DNA of 64,000 nucleotides from an uncultured Alistipes sp. (GTDB lineage: Bacteria > Bacteroidota > Bacteroidia > Bacteroidales > Rikenellaceae): contig CANBCZ010000003.1 in assembly GCA_947367255.1 (NCBI GenBank), positions 53,612 to 117,611 of the forward strand, written 5' to 3'. The position numbers and the translations under genes are program-made. This document shows positions 12,199 through 20,481 of this stretch, piece after piece. Each line of letters starts with the position of its first letter. The first letter of the stretch is position 1. The notes beneath the pieces are model-generated. The model saw only the letters and a list, made by a program, of their open reading frames with translations. It searched no databases and was not told the DNA's origin.

Positions 12199-13512
12199 AT
12201 GATTAAGTTTGTAACAGCAGAAGAGGCTGTAAAGGTAATCAAGTCAGGTGATCACATTCACCTCAGTTCAGTTGCATCGGCACCTCAGTGCCTGATTAAG
12301 GCTATGTGCGACCGCGGTCGCAATGGCGAGCTTAAGGATGTACACATCCACCACCTCCACACAGAGGGTCCTGCGCCATACGCAGATCCTGAGTTCGATG
12401 GCGTATTCCAGCTCGATTCATTCTTCGTGGGTGGTAATGTGCGCAAGGTAACCCAGAGCGGTTATGCTGACTACATTCCAATTTTCTTGAGCGAGACACA
12501 GAAGCTCTATCGTAGTGGCGCAGTGCCTTGTAATGTAGCTATGATTCAGGTATCTACACCTGACAAGCACGGCTATGTATCTCTCGGTACATCTGTAGAT
12601 GCTACTCTGGCAGCTGTTGAGTGCGCAGATCACGTAATTGCAGTTGTGAACAAGTATGTTCCACGTGCATTCGGTGATGCAATGATCCACAGCTCAAAGA
12701 TCGAGTTCTTCGTAGAGGACGATCAGCCACTCGAGGAGGCTCACTTCGCAGCTCCAAACGAGGTTGAGACTAAGATTGGTAACCTCTGCGCAGGTCTTAT
12801 CGAGGATGGTGCTACCCTTCAGATGGGTATCGGCGCTATTCCTAACGCAGTACTCGCACAGCTGGGTAACCACAAGAACCTCGGTGTTCATACCGAGATG
12901 TTCGCTGACGGTGTGCTCCCACTCGTAGAGAAGGGCGTAATCAACGGCGCAGCAAAGAATATCGATAAGGGTAAGATGGTATCTACCTTCCTTATGGGTT
13001 CACAGAAGGTTTACGACTTTATCGACGACAACCCGGGCGTACTGATGATGGACGTAGGTTACACTAACGACCCATTCATCATTGCAAAGAACGACCGCGT
13101 AACTGCTATCAACTCTGCTCTGCAGGTAGATATCACCGGTCAGGTTTGCGCTGACTCTCTCGGTCGCAAGTTCTACTCAGGCGTAGGTGGTCAGGTAGAC
13201 TTTATCTATGGTGCATCACTCTCTAAGGGTGGTAAGGCTATTATCGCAATGCCTTCTATCACTAATAAGGGTGTATCTAAGATCTCTGATGTTCTTACCG
13301 AGGGTGCAGGTGTTGTTACAACTCGTAACCACATCCACTGGTTCGTTACTGAGAATGGTGCTGTAGATCTCTACGGCAAGAGCCTGCAGGAGCGTGCTCG
13401 CCTTATCATCTCTGTTGCTCACCCATCAGCACAGGAGGCTCTCGACGAGGCTGCATTCAACCGCTACGGCAGCCACCACCACTATATTAAGGGGTATATG
13501 GACAAGAAGTAA
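12199..13512 (+). CDS. Acetyl-CoA hydrolase/transferase family CoA-transferase (Cat2/4-hydroxybutyrate CoA-transferase-like)
   Basis: LQMGIGAIPNAVL, HTEMF, INSALQVDITGQV, SGVGGQVDF, VTENGAVDL. Confidence 0.9.
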   Translation: MIKFVTAEEAVKVIKSGDHIHLSSVASAPQCLIKAMCDRGRNGELKDVHIHHLHTEGPAPYADPEFDGVFQLDSFFVGGNVRKVTQSGYADYIPIFLSETQKLYRSGAVPCNVAMIQVSTPDKHGYVSLGTSVDATLAAVECADHVIAVVNKYVPRAFGDAMIHSSKIEFFVEDDQPLEEAHFAAPNEVETKIGNLCAGLIEDGATLQMGIGAIPNAVLAQLGNHKNLGVHTEMFADGVLPLVEKGVINGAAKNIDKGKMVSTFLMGSQKVYDFIDDNPGVLMMDVGYTNDPFIIAKNDRVTAINSALQVDITGQVCADSLGRKFYSGVGGQVDFIYGASLSKGGKAIIAMPSITNKGVSKISDVLTEGAGVVTTRNHIHWFVTENGAVDLYGKSLQERARLIISVAHPSAQEALDEAAFNRYGSHHHYIKGYMDKK

Positions 13513-13574
13513 TCTTTGCGGTTACTTATCTATATGCAAGGCTTTCTCTTCTGGGAAGGCCTTCTTTTTACCCC

Positions 13575-13655
13575 TTAATATAGTGGTGTAAACACCACCT
13601 TTTGTGTTACCTATCCCCCAAACCCCCTTTCTGTAAAGGGGGCTTCTCGCTACGC
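13575..13655 (+). repeat. Degenerate direct repeat copy 1 (TTAATATAG-GGTG/CACC hairpin-CCCCC/GGGGG hairpin-GCTACGC)
   Basis: Aligns by eye with 13767-13855. Confidence 0.7.
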
Positions 13656-13732
13656 TCCAATTAAGGAGTTATACCTTAGAGTACAATATATCAAAAGCTA
13701 TATGAAGAAGTAAGCATTTCTTCGTATAATCA

Positions 13733-13762
13733 CAAAGGTCTCCCCAAAAGGAGACCTTTGTT
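13733..13762. terminator. Terminator-like hairpin between the two repeats
   Basis: caaaggtctcc-ccaaaa-ggagacctttg. Confidence 0.6.
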
Positions 13763-13766
13763 GCTT

Positions 13767-13855
13767 TTAATATAGCGGTGGTGCCAAAAAACACCACCTT
13801 CTTTTATGTTACCCACCCCCTAAATCCCCCTCCTGTGAGGGGGACTTTGCTACGC
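13767..13855 (+). repeat. Degenerate direct repeat copy 2
   Basis: ttaatatagcggtggtg...caccacc...ccccctaaatccccctcctgtgagggggact..gctacgc. Confidence 0.7.
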
Positions 13856-13884
13856 AGTACATTTTGAACAAGCCCCCAAATATA

Positions 13885-13916
13885 TTTGCTCGTTCAGAAA
13901 TAATTTTTTAACTTTG
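13885..13916 (+). promoter_or_regulatory. Bacteroidetes sigmaA promoter
   Basis: TTTG (13885-13888), 20-nt spacer, TAACTTTG (13909-13916). Confidence 0.75.
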
Positions 13917-13920
13917 TAGG

Positions 13921-14204
13921 GCAATCCTCGGATTGCAGACATATTATTAGTGAAAGTGTTTCGCTAATCCTTATTGAGAAATCTGGTAAATTTCAAATGT
14001 ATCAAGGATAACGAATGCTTACATCACTTGTATTAGTATGCTATGTAGGCACATTCTGTGCCTACATAGCATACTATACAGGTGTGGAGTATTGTTTATT
14101 TGATACAAGGCTTACCAGAGCCTCTCAATAGATAAACGAACATCTCCACACTTTCTTTATTTTATAATCCGCCTAATGGAGATAGGGCGACAAAACTATT
14201 TTTT
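13921..14204 (+). ncRNA. Long structured 5' leader / candidate cis-regulatory RNA
   Basis: Nested inverted blocks from 13952 to 14155 ending in a perfect 20-bp stem (14034-14053/14057-14076); alternative stem 14082-14099/14132-14151 followed by a U-rich tract. Confidence 0.55.
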
Positions 14205-14654
14205 ATGAAAAAGTTTCTACAATTTTTTATCATTGCAGTAGTAGGTTGCTGCGTTAGCATTTCTTGTGAGAAAGAAAATGCAGGAGGTATAGGAAGTATG
14301 GAGGATCTTGTAGGCACATATTCTGTTAATTTAGAACAGAACATTGTGTGGGGAGGAGACTCGGGAACAGCATATGATAGCGGAACAATTACTATTACCA
14401 AGACATCTGGTAATAGAGTTAAATTAAGAGGATTTATTTCAACCACAGGAGAACTTATCAATGGTAAACTTCATCTGGATTCAAATACTAGCACAGACAG
14501 CTATGGATATCTAACAACAACATATAACAGCGTCATATTTGGAGGTGGTATTATAACAATATGGGCAAGGACATCAGGTCAATTGGCAACAACTCCATAT
14601 GGAACTAAATACTCATTTAGCAGTCTTGATTATTTTGAAGGCAGGAAATACTAA
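14205..14654 (+). CDS. Hypothetical surface lipoprotein (AT-rich, beta-rich, possibly lipocalin-like)
   Basis: Signal peptide II ending ISC followed by EKEN; own promoter; stop followed by a hairpin. Confidence 0.75.
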   Translation: MKKFLQFFIIAVVGCCVSISCEKENAGGIGSMEDLVGTYSVNLEQNIVWGGDSGTAYDSGTITITKTSGNRVKLRGFISTTGELINGKLHLDSNTSTDSYGYLTTTYNSVIFGGGIITIWARTSGQLATTPYGTKYSFSSLDYFEGRKY

Positions 14655-14670
14655 ACATCTGCCACAATAA

Positions 14671-14706
14671 CGCACAATGGGTGTCCTGTCAGACACCCAT
14701 TGTGCG
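14671..14706. terminator. Hairpin between convergent genes
   Basis: cgcacaatgggtgtc-ctgtca-gacacccattgtgcg, 15-bp perfect stem. Confidence 0.7.
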
Positions 14707-14723
14707 TTTTATCAATCATTGAG

Positions 14724-15074
14724 CTACAATGTAAACGTATCTCTCTCGCACACCTCGAGCAGTTGCTCCCAGAGGTGAGTTTGGTCGGCGTTCATAGCGC
14801 CATCGATGGTGGCGACGGAGTAAAGGAGATCTTTTGCCCACTCGAGCTCCTCGTCGCCGAGTGTTGTGAGTGCTGCGGCTGAGGTATTAAAGTCGAGAAA
14901 GCCTGACATACGTACTGCCGTCTCCATATTTTCAGGGTCAAGGAATGCTGCCAGTCCATAGACCAATTTCTTTGCGGCAGCCTCGTTCTGAGGGTTGTCG
15001 CTCTGTCCTATCAATAATTGACCGATACGCATTATGGCGCAGAGGTCTCGCATCATAAATTGCATACTACTCAA
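14724..15074 (-). CDS. Small TerB-like helical protein
   Basis: LLYSVATIDGAMNADQ resembles the TerB (A)DG motif; overlaps the upstream gene by 8 nt. Confidence 0.5.
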   Translation of the reverse strand: MSSMQFMMRDLCAIMRIGQLLIGQSDNPQNEAAAKKLVYGLAAFLDPENMETAVRMSGFLDFNTSAAALTTLGDEELEWAKDLLYSVATIDGAMNADQTHLWEQLLEVCERDTFTL

Positions 15075-15855
15075 GTCTTAGAAGTTCACCAACTGCTGCA
15101 TTTATCTCGATATATGCGTTCTCAATAAGCGCAGCCGAGGTAAAGCCCATAAGTTTATAGCCGCTATCACTCTCAAGAGCAAAGACGATATTTCCCTTAA
15201 TCTCTGCGCCCGAGCCATAGAGGAGTGTTCCGGTCATATTATCGCCGATATCCTCCTTTTGGTAGCCCTCTCTATCGACAAGGAATACAAGGTGGCAGCC
15301 AACAAGTCCCAACTGCTTTGAAAGGGTATTCAGAGGTGCTGTATAACGAACAATCTCTGTTCTATTAGCGCCAATATGCTCTGCAATATCTGCATCGAGT
15401 TCCTGCCAATTCTCCGCCTTGCTCTGGAAAGGATATGCAAGGCCATTTGTCTTTGCTGCGAGGAATGTCGGAGCGATAACATCGTCAGGATTGTCCACCA
15501 GCGGTGTTGCAGGCTCCGGCAGACCGCAGAGGTTACGTGTGCCGTTAAACAATACCATCTTCTTCTCAGAGATCTGCTCGTCTGCACGAACAATATCGGC
15601 ATAGACATTGACCAGCTTCAGCTTAACATCTACATCTAATGATTTTACCAGCTCTACAGACCTCTCCATAGTGAGGTTTTCGTTGTTCTTGACACAATCC
15701 AGAACCTTCTGCATTGCCTCGTTGGTAAAGCCATTTATACCTCCGTAGAACTTCTCAAGAGGCACAACTGACTCCGGCTTAAGGTCGCCATCTGCCCAAA
15801 CAATAGCCATACCGATATTATAAATAGCCGCAAGAGTCTCAATTGTAACTTTCAT
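15067..15855 (-). CDS. TerB-like N-terminal domain fused to a DUF3846-like domain
   Basis: Two AD(G/E) helical repeats (WADGDL, VRADEQIS); C-terminal FLVDREG...NMTGTLLY...IKGNIVF resembles DUF3846. Confidence 0.5.
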   Translation of the reverse strand: MKVTIETLAAIYNIGMAIVWADGDLKPESVVPLEKFYGGINGFTNEAMQKVLDCVKNNENLTMERSVELVKSLDVDVKLKLVNVYADIVRADEQISEKKMVLFNGTRNLCGLPEPATPLVDNPDDVIAPTFLAAKTNGLAYPFQSKAENWQELDADIAEHIGANRTEIVRYTAPLNTLSKQLGLVGCHLVFLVDREGYQKEDIGDNMTGTLLYGSGAEIKGNIVFALESDSGYKLMGFTSAALIENAYIEINAAVGELLRLE

Positions 15856-16009
15856 AGTCTATTTCGATTTAGGTTAGTACTCACATGGTATGTTATATAC
15901 AAATATACGAATATTTTATGAATATGTTACATTTTTCAGAATATTTTTGCAGACATCAAAGGTTTCATCAGGTCGTGGCAGATACTCGCTTCAATCAAAA
16001 TAACATAAT

Positions 16010-16170
16010 TTTGGCGTCAGAACGCTGCGATTAAGCCGAAGGCAGAGTGTGCTTGCACGCTATGCTGAGGCGGAGCAGTGAAGGGTCGCCGTAGGCGAGC
16101 CAATGGGGCAGATACTCCGCTCGGCATATAAAACAGCAAAGGGCTGTACTATGCGTACATCCCATTGCAG
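16010..16170 (+). repeat. Composite hairpin element (T1-like left end, C module and GTAC module)
   Basis: aacgctgcgattaagccgaa..tgctgaggcggagcagtgaa shared with 5530-5590; gggctgtactatgcgtacatccc core. Confidence 0.65.
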
Positions 16171-16212
16171 GTGGTTAGGGGTGGACCAAAGTGGTACACT
16201 TCAATAATTACC

Positions 16213-16337
16213 TTTTGTTGTCAAAATGCGTTAGAGATGGTGCATCGTAAAAAATTTCAGTCGCGGATAGTACAAAACGTACAGCCGCGACTGAAATTTA
16301 AGCGATGTGCCATATATGACACATTTTCACAACAAAA
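16213..16337 (+). mobile_element. T1 hairpin element abutting the ppiD stop codon
   Basis: 15-bp TIR with 1 mismatch; perfect 15-bp stem aaatttcagtcgcgg/ccgcgactgaaattt; stop codon at 16338-16340. Confidence 0.75.
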
Positions 16338-18362
16338 TTAGAAGTAGCCTACAGTATTATCCTCTACCTCCGCCAGCTCCTGAACTGCATAGAAAGCACG
16401 AGTTGCTGACTGCTCGGCTGCTGCCTGCTGCTTAACCTGCTCAGCCTCGAGAGTCTGAGCCTCATCAGCAGCGGTTACACCGTCGGTAACGAGTACAAAT
16501 ACACCGCTTGCACCCTTTACAGGAGCAGAAACAGCGCCCTGCTCGAGAGCAGAGATAGTACCGAGTACGCGTGGCTCAACGCCGATACCCGGGATATAGT
16601 AAGCATCGTACTTAACATTCTCGAAGGTCTTAACCTCTGACTCTGCAGCTGCAGCAACCTCCTCGATAGTAGCACCTGCCATCTTTGCAGCAATCATCTC
16701 GAACTTCTTGTCGCGGAGCAGAGTGCTCTTAATCTGAGCAGCAACCTCGTTTACAGAGCGGTACTCGCTGTCGGTAATGCCTGTAAGGGTTGCAACTACA
16801 TAGTGGTTGTTATCAAGCTTGATAAGCTCAGAAACATCACCAACCTTAGCCTTGTTAGCCCAGAATACAACCTCGAGAGAGTGACCGTCGATACCGCGAA
16901 CAGAACGAGCAGCCTTCTCGATAGTAACGGTGCGTGAAGCCTGACCCTGAGCAGTAGCAGTAGCGTCGAAGCCCTCCTTTGCAGCAGAGACTGCGAAGAG
17001 GCTTGCTGCGTTGTGAACATCACGCTGAGTAGCCTGTGATGCTACGAGCGGATAGCTGAGTGTAGCGAGCTTATAGTGCTTCTGGATTGCGCTTACGCCA
17101 TCAACCTTGAGGATCTGGATAACATTACCCATAGAGATCTTAACGATATCACCCTTCTTCTTACCGAGCAGTGCATCTGCGAACTCAGGAGCGAGAGTAG
17201 AGTAGGTAACCTCACCAATCTTACCACCCTCAGCAGCAGTCTCTGTAGCGAGTGAGTACTGAGCAGCGAGAGCAGCGAAATCGCCCTTCTTTGCAACAGT
17301 TACGAGGCTGTCAGCGAGCTTATCGTCAGTGTAGTTGAGAACGATGTGGCTGAGAGTATACTTCTCTGCAACATTGCGAACATCTGCTACGCGAGCTGCA
17401 CGCCACTCGTCAGCAACGAGTACAGGACCGTACATCTTGCCCTTAGTAAGAGCTGCGCTCTCCTCAGAGGTCATCTGAGCAGCGGTGATATAGCTCTGAG
17501 CAACTGATGCATGACGGTTCTCACGAGTGTAAGTCTTGAGGTCAGAAACTGTAGCGAACTGCTCTGCAGCAGCCTTAGCCTCAGCCTCGATAGCAGCCTT
17601 ATCTGCATCGGTAGCCTCAACATTGAACTCAACATAAGAGATTGTGCGGAAAGGAGTACGCTTGTACTGAGCCTTATTTGCCTTGTAGTAAGCCTTGATC
17701 TCGCTGTCAGAAACGGTTACGAGAGAGTCTGCAACAGTGTTGTAGCGGCTAACAACATAACGACCGTTGTAGGTGTTGTTTGCGCTCTTTACACCACGCT
17801 CAACCTCAAGCTTATTTGCATAAGCGCCCTTCTGAACAAGTGCCTGATACTTCATCATAGCACGATCGAGGTCAGCCTGCTTGCTGAAGAATGACCAAGC
17901 CTTCTGTGCCTGTGGGTTATTCTCTAACTCTGCAAGGAAAGCTGCTACAGCCTCAACATTGTACTCACCTGTCTGTGGGTTACCAAAGAGGCTTGACATA
18001 ACATTGCTTGCACGCTCACCACGAACAAGAGCCTTGTGCTCTGCCTTACCTACTGCAAGACCGAGCTCCTCGAAGCCTGGGGTAAATACGTGGTCAGAGA
18101 GCAGAATCTGCCAAGTGTTGGCAAGAGCCTGCTGAGCCTGCTCATCTGTAGTGAGCTCGCCCATCTGAGCCTTAACATCGTCATAAGCTGCAAGGAACTC
18201 AGAGTAGTGAATATCCTTGCCATTGATTGCGCCGACCTTAGGGTCATTGCCTGAAAATCCCATCTCTGACTTCAGAGAGAAGATAAACGCCAAAAGCGCG
18301 CCTGCAATAATTACAGAGAGCAGTACGCCGAATTTGGTTCTCATTGTGTTCAAACTTACCAT
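16338..18362 (-). CDS. ppiD: PpiD/SurA-type periplasmic chaperone (peptidyl-prolyl isomerase family)
   Basis: N-terminal TM anchor, SurA_N-like region, rotamase-like HIVL..GDFAALAAQYS..EGGKIG; conserved position after the CBS/gldE gene. Confidence 0.8.
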   Translation of the reverse strand: MVSLNTMRTKFGVLLSVIIAGALLAFIFSLKSEMGFSGNDPKVGAINGKDIHYSEFLAAYDDVKAQMGELTTDEQAQQALANTWQILLSDHVFTPGFEELGLAVGKAEHKALVRGERASNVMSSLFGNPQTGEYNVEAVAAFLAELENNPQAQKAWSFFSKQADLDRAMMKYQALVQKGAYANKLEVERGVKSANNTYNGRYVVSRYNTVADSLVTVSDSEIKAYYKANKAQYKRTPFRTISYVEFNVEATDADKAAIEAEAKAAAEQFATVSDLKTYTRENRHASVAQSYITAAQMTSEESAALTKGKMYGPVLVADEWRAARVADVRNVAEKYTLSHIVLNYTDDKLADSLVTVAKKGDFAALAAQYSLATETAAEGGKIGEVTYSTLAPEFADALLGKKKGDIVKISMGNVIQILKVDGVSAIQKHYKLATLSYPLVASQATQRDVHNAASLFAVSAAKEGFDATATAQGQASRTVTIEKAARSVRGIDGHSLEVVFWANKAKVGDVSELIKLDNNHYVVATLTGITDSEYRSVNEVAAQIKSTLLRDKKFEMIAAKMAGATIEEVAAAAESEVKTFENVKYDAYYIPGIGVEPRVLGTISALEQGAVSAPVKGASGVFVLVTDGVTAADEAQTLEAEQVKQQAAAEQSATRAFYAVQELAEVEDNTVGYF

Positions 18363-18439
18363 ATCAGAATATTTTTTTGTAAAATTTTCAAATAACTCGC
18401 GAATATAGTAATTTTATTCCAATTATTCGCCTTTTTACA

Positions 18440-19708
18440 CTATTTTTTAGCTATCTCTACCCTCGCAAGTTCTATTCGAGAGCGAGTAGTTCGCAAAATC
18501 TTAATCTTCAGTCCGTCGAACTCCATCTGTGTACCCGCCGTAGGTAACTCCTTATAGCGGTAGATAATGTAGCCGGCAAGGGTGTCATACTCCTCACTCT
18601 CGGCAATACCGAGTCCATACTTCTCGTTCAGATACTCAACCTCAAGACGGCACGAGAAGACATACTCGTTCTCTGCCACCTGCTTCTCTACAGCATCCTC
18701 AACATCGTGCTCATCCTCAATCTCGCCAAAGATCTGCTCCAGCACATCCTCAAGCGATATGATACCTGCCGTACCGCCGAACTCGTCAATAACTACGGCG
18801 ATATTACTCTTCTGCTTGATAAACTGCGTCAGAACATCCTGCAGAGGCATTGTCTCGACAACAAAGTCCACCTCGATAAGTACCTGCTCAATACTCTTTG
18901 GAGCGGTAAAGAGGCTCTTTGAATTGACATAACCGATAATATTATCGACACTATCTCTCCAGACGAAGATACGCGAGTATTTACTCTCCACAAAGCGCTC
19001 GGTGAGGCTCTCTATTGTAGTCTCATCAATATCTACAGCCTCCATATCGACACGCGACACCATACAGTCGCGCACGCGGAGATCCGCAAAGTCAAGCGCA
19101 TTCTGGAACATCTTTATCTCCGCCTCGGTCTGGTCGTCAGACTCGGCATTGTTTGTATCGAGCAGACTCTCAAGGTCGCTACGGTCAAACTCGACATCCT
19201 TCTCTGCCTGAGCCGTTGTTCTGCCAAAGAGGCGCAACAGTCCATACGAGAGCAGCGTCGTGAAACGAGCAACAGGATAGAGCAGCAGATAGAATACGAA
19301 GATTATCGGAGAGAAGATACGATAGTAGAAGTTCGGATTTGCCCTAAATACAGACTTAGGGATATACTCGGCAACGAAGATGACAATAATGGTCGGGATG
19401 ATGGTCTCGAGAAGAAATGAGCCCTCACTATAGATACTATCCCAGCCCAACAGATATGCCACACCGCGAATAAGCTGCGACATACACATAGAGTAGATAA
19501 CAAGTGTGATGTTATTACCTACGAGTATAGTTGTGATATATTGCCCCTGATTTTGTGCAAAGATATTGGCAATATAGTCAAAGATGCGGCTCTGTTTACG
19601 ATCAATCTCGAGTTTAAGACGGTTTTTATTCAAAAACGCAATCTCCATACCCGAGAAAAATGCCGACAGAAGCAGCATTAGCAGTATGATTACTATCGAT
19701 GTGGTCAT
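18440..19708 (-). CDS. Hemolysin/CorC-family CNNM-CBS domain protein
   Basis: SAFFSGMEIAF, AEYIPK, VRDCMVSRVDM, VIDEFGGTAGIISLEDVLEQIFGEIEDEHD. Confidence 0.92.
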   Translation of the reverse strand: MTTSIVIILLMLLLSAFFSGMEIAFLNKNRLKLEIDRKQSRIFDYIANIFAQNQGQYITTILVGNNITLVIYSMCMSQLIRGVAYLLGWDSIYSEGSFLLETIIPTIIVIFVAEYIPKSVFRANPNFYYRIFSPIIFVFYLLLYPVARFTTLLSYGLLRLFGRTTAQAEKDVEFDRSDLESLLDTNNAESDDQTEAEIKMFQNALDFADLRVRDCMVSRVDMEAVDIDETTIESLTERFVESKYSRIFVWRDSVDNIIGYVNSKSLFTAPKSIEQVLIEVDFVVETMPLQDVLTQFIKQKSNIAVVIDEFGGTAGIISLEDVLEQIFGEIEDEHDVEDAVEKQVAENEYVFSCRLEVEYLNEKYGLGIAESEEYDTLAGYIIYRYKELPTAGTQMEFDGLKIKILRTTRSRIELARVEIAKK

Positions 19709-19721
19709 TACCTATATAATA

Positions 19722-20456
19722 TTACTCGATACGCTCGCTTGCGCCGGCAAGATTTCTATCCAGCTTTGTCGGTGTGGTAACCCCCTGCTTTCGAGGCGGG
19801 AACTGAGGTTTGGTGCGCTGCGGTTGCTCCTCACGCTTCTCGACTACCGGCTTAGGATTACTCTCTACAGCCGTAGTGTCGCTACCCGACGGCATACTCT
19901 TCTCATCCATCTTCACCTTGCCCTTCCAATGGCGGAAGTTGAGCTCTACAAGCTCCTCATCGGACTCAAAGCCCTCGGTAAAGTGGGTATCGTTATTTGT
20001 TACGATTTTGGTATCTACATTCGAGTAGACTCGTTTGGTAGTAGAGTTCCAGAAGAGTTGCTGGGTATACACCTTTGTTCCGTCGTGCTTGATAATGCGC
20101 ACATTACCCTTAGCCTCCCACAATTTACGATTTTCGTAGTAGATGGCATAGTTGGACTCGATAGTGGCATTGACAGTGGTCAGAGAGTCATCCTGATAGG
20201 TTGTAATCTTGATACCCTTACGGAACTCTCTGTATGGGTCACGACCCAACATATAGCCCTCAAGCAGCGGTGTGGCAAAGCGGTATGAGCGACGACCATT
20301 CTCCGAGACGATAATTGTAAGGTTATTACTCTTCTCGGTCATAATAACGTCGAGAGACTCCTCCTCGCGTACCTGCTCCTCCTTGCACGAAAAGAGCAAA
20401 GCACTCCCCGATAAAAGGAGTGCTATTGCTAAATATCTGTGCAATACTTTTCTCAC
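19722..20456 (-). CDS. lptC: LPS export periplasmic protein LptC
   Basis: Lipoprotein-like N-terminus, WEAKGNV, LFWN..TKRVYS beta-jellyroll; Bacteroidetes synteny. Confidence 0.8.
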   Translation of the reverse strand: MRKVLHRYLAIALLLSGSALLFSCKEEQVREEESLDVIMTEKSNNLTIIVSENGRRSYRFATPLLEGYMLGRDPYREFRKGIKITTYQDDSLTTVNATIESNYAIYYENRKLWEAKGNVRIIKHDGTKVYTQQLFWNSTTKRVYSNVDTKIVTNNDTHFTEGFESDEELVELNFRHWKGKVKMDEKSMPSGSDTTAVESNPKPVVEKREEQPQRTKPQFPPRKQGVTTPTKLDRNLAGASERIE

Positions 20457-20481
20457 TGAACAGTATCTTATATCTTACTGA

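Noticed and set aside
13716-13812. dif/pdif (Xer) site suggested by ttcgtataa and ttatgtta
   Set aside because: The half-sites are about 80 bp apart, not separated by a 6-bp core
13952-14155. 6S RNA
   Set aside because: The size fits, but there is no large central bubble and the terminal stem is a perfect 20 bp; kept only as an unassigned structured leader pending an Rfam search
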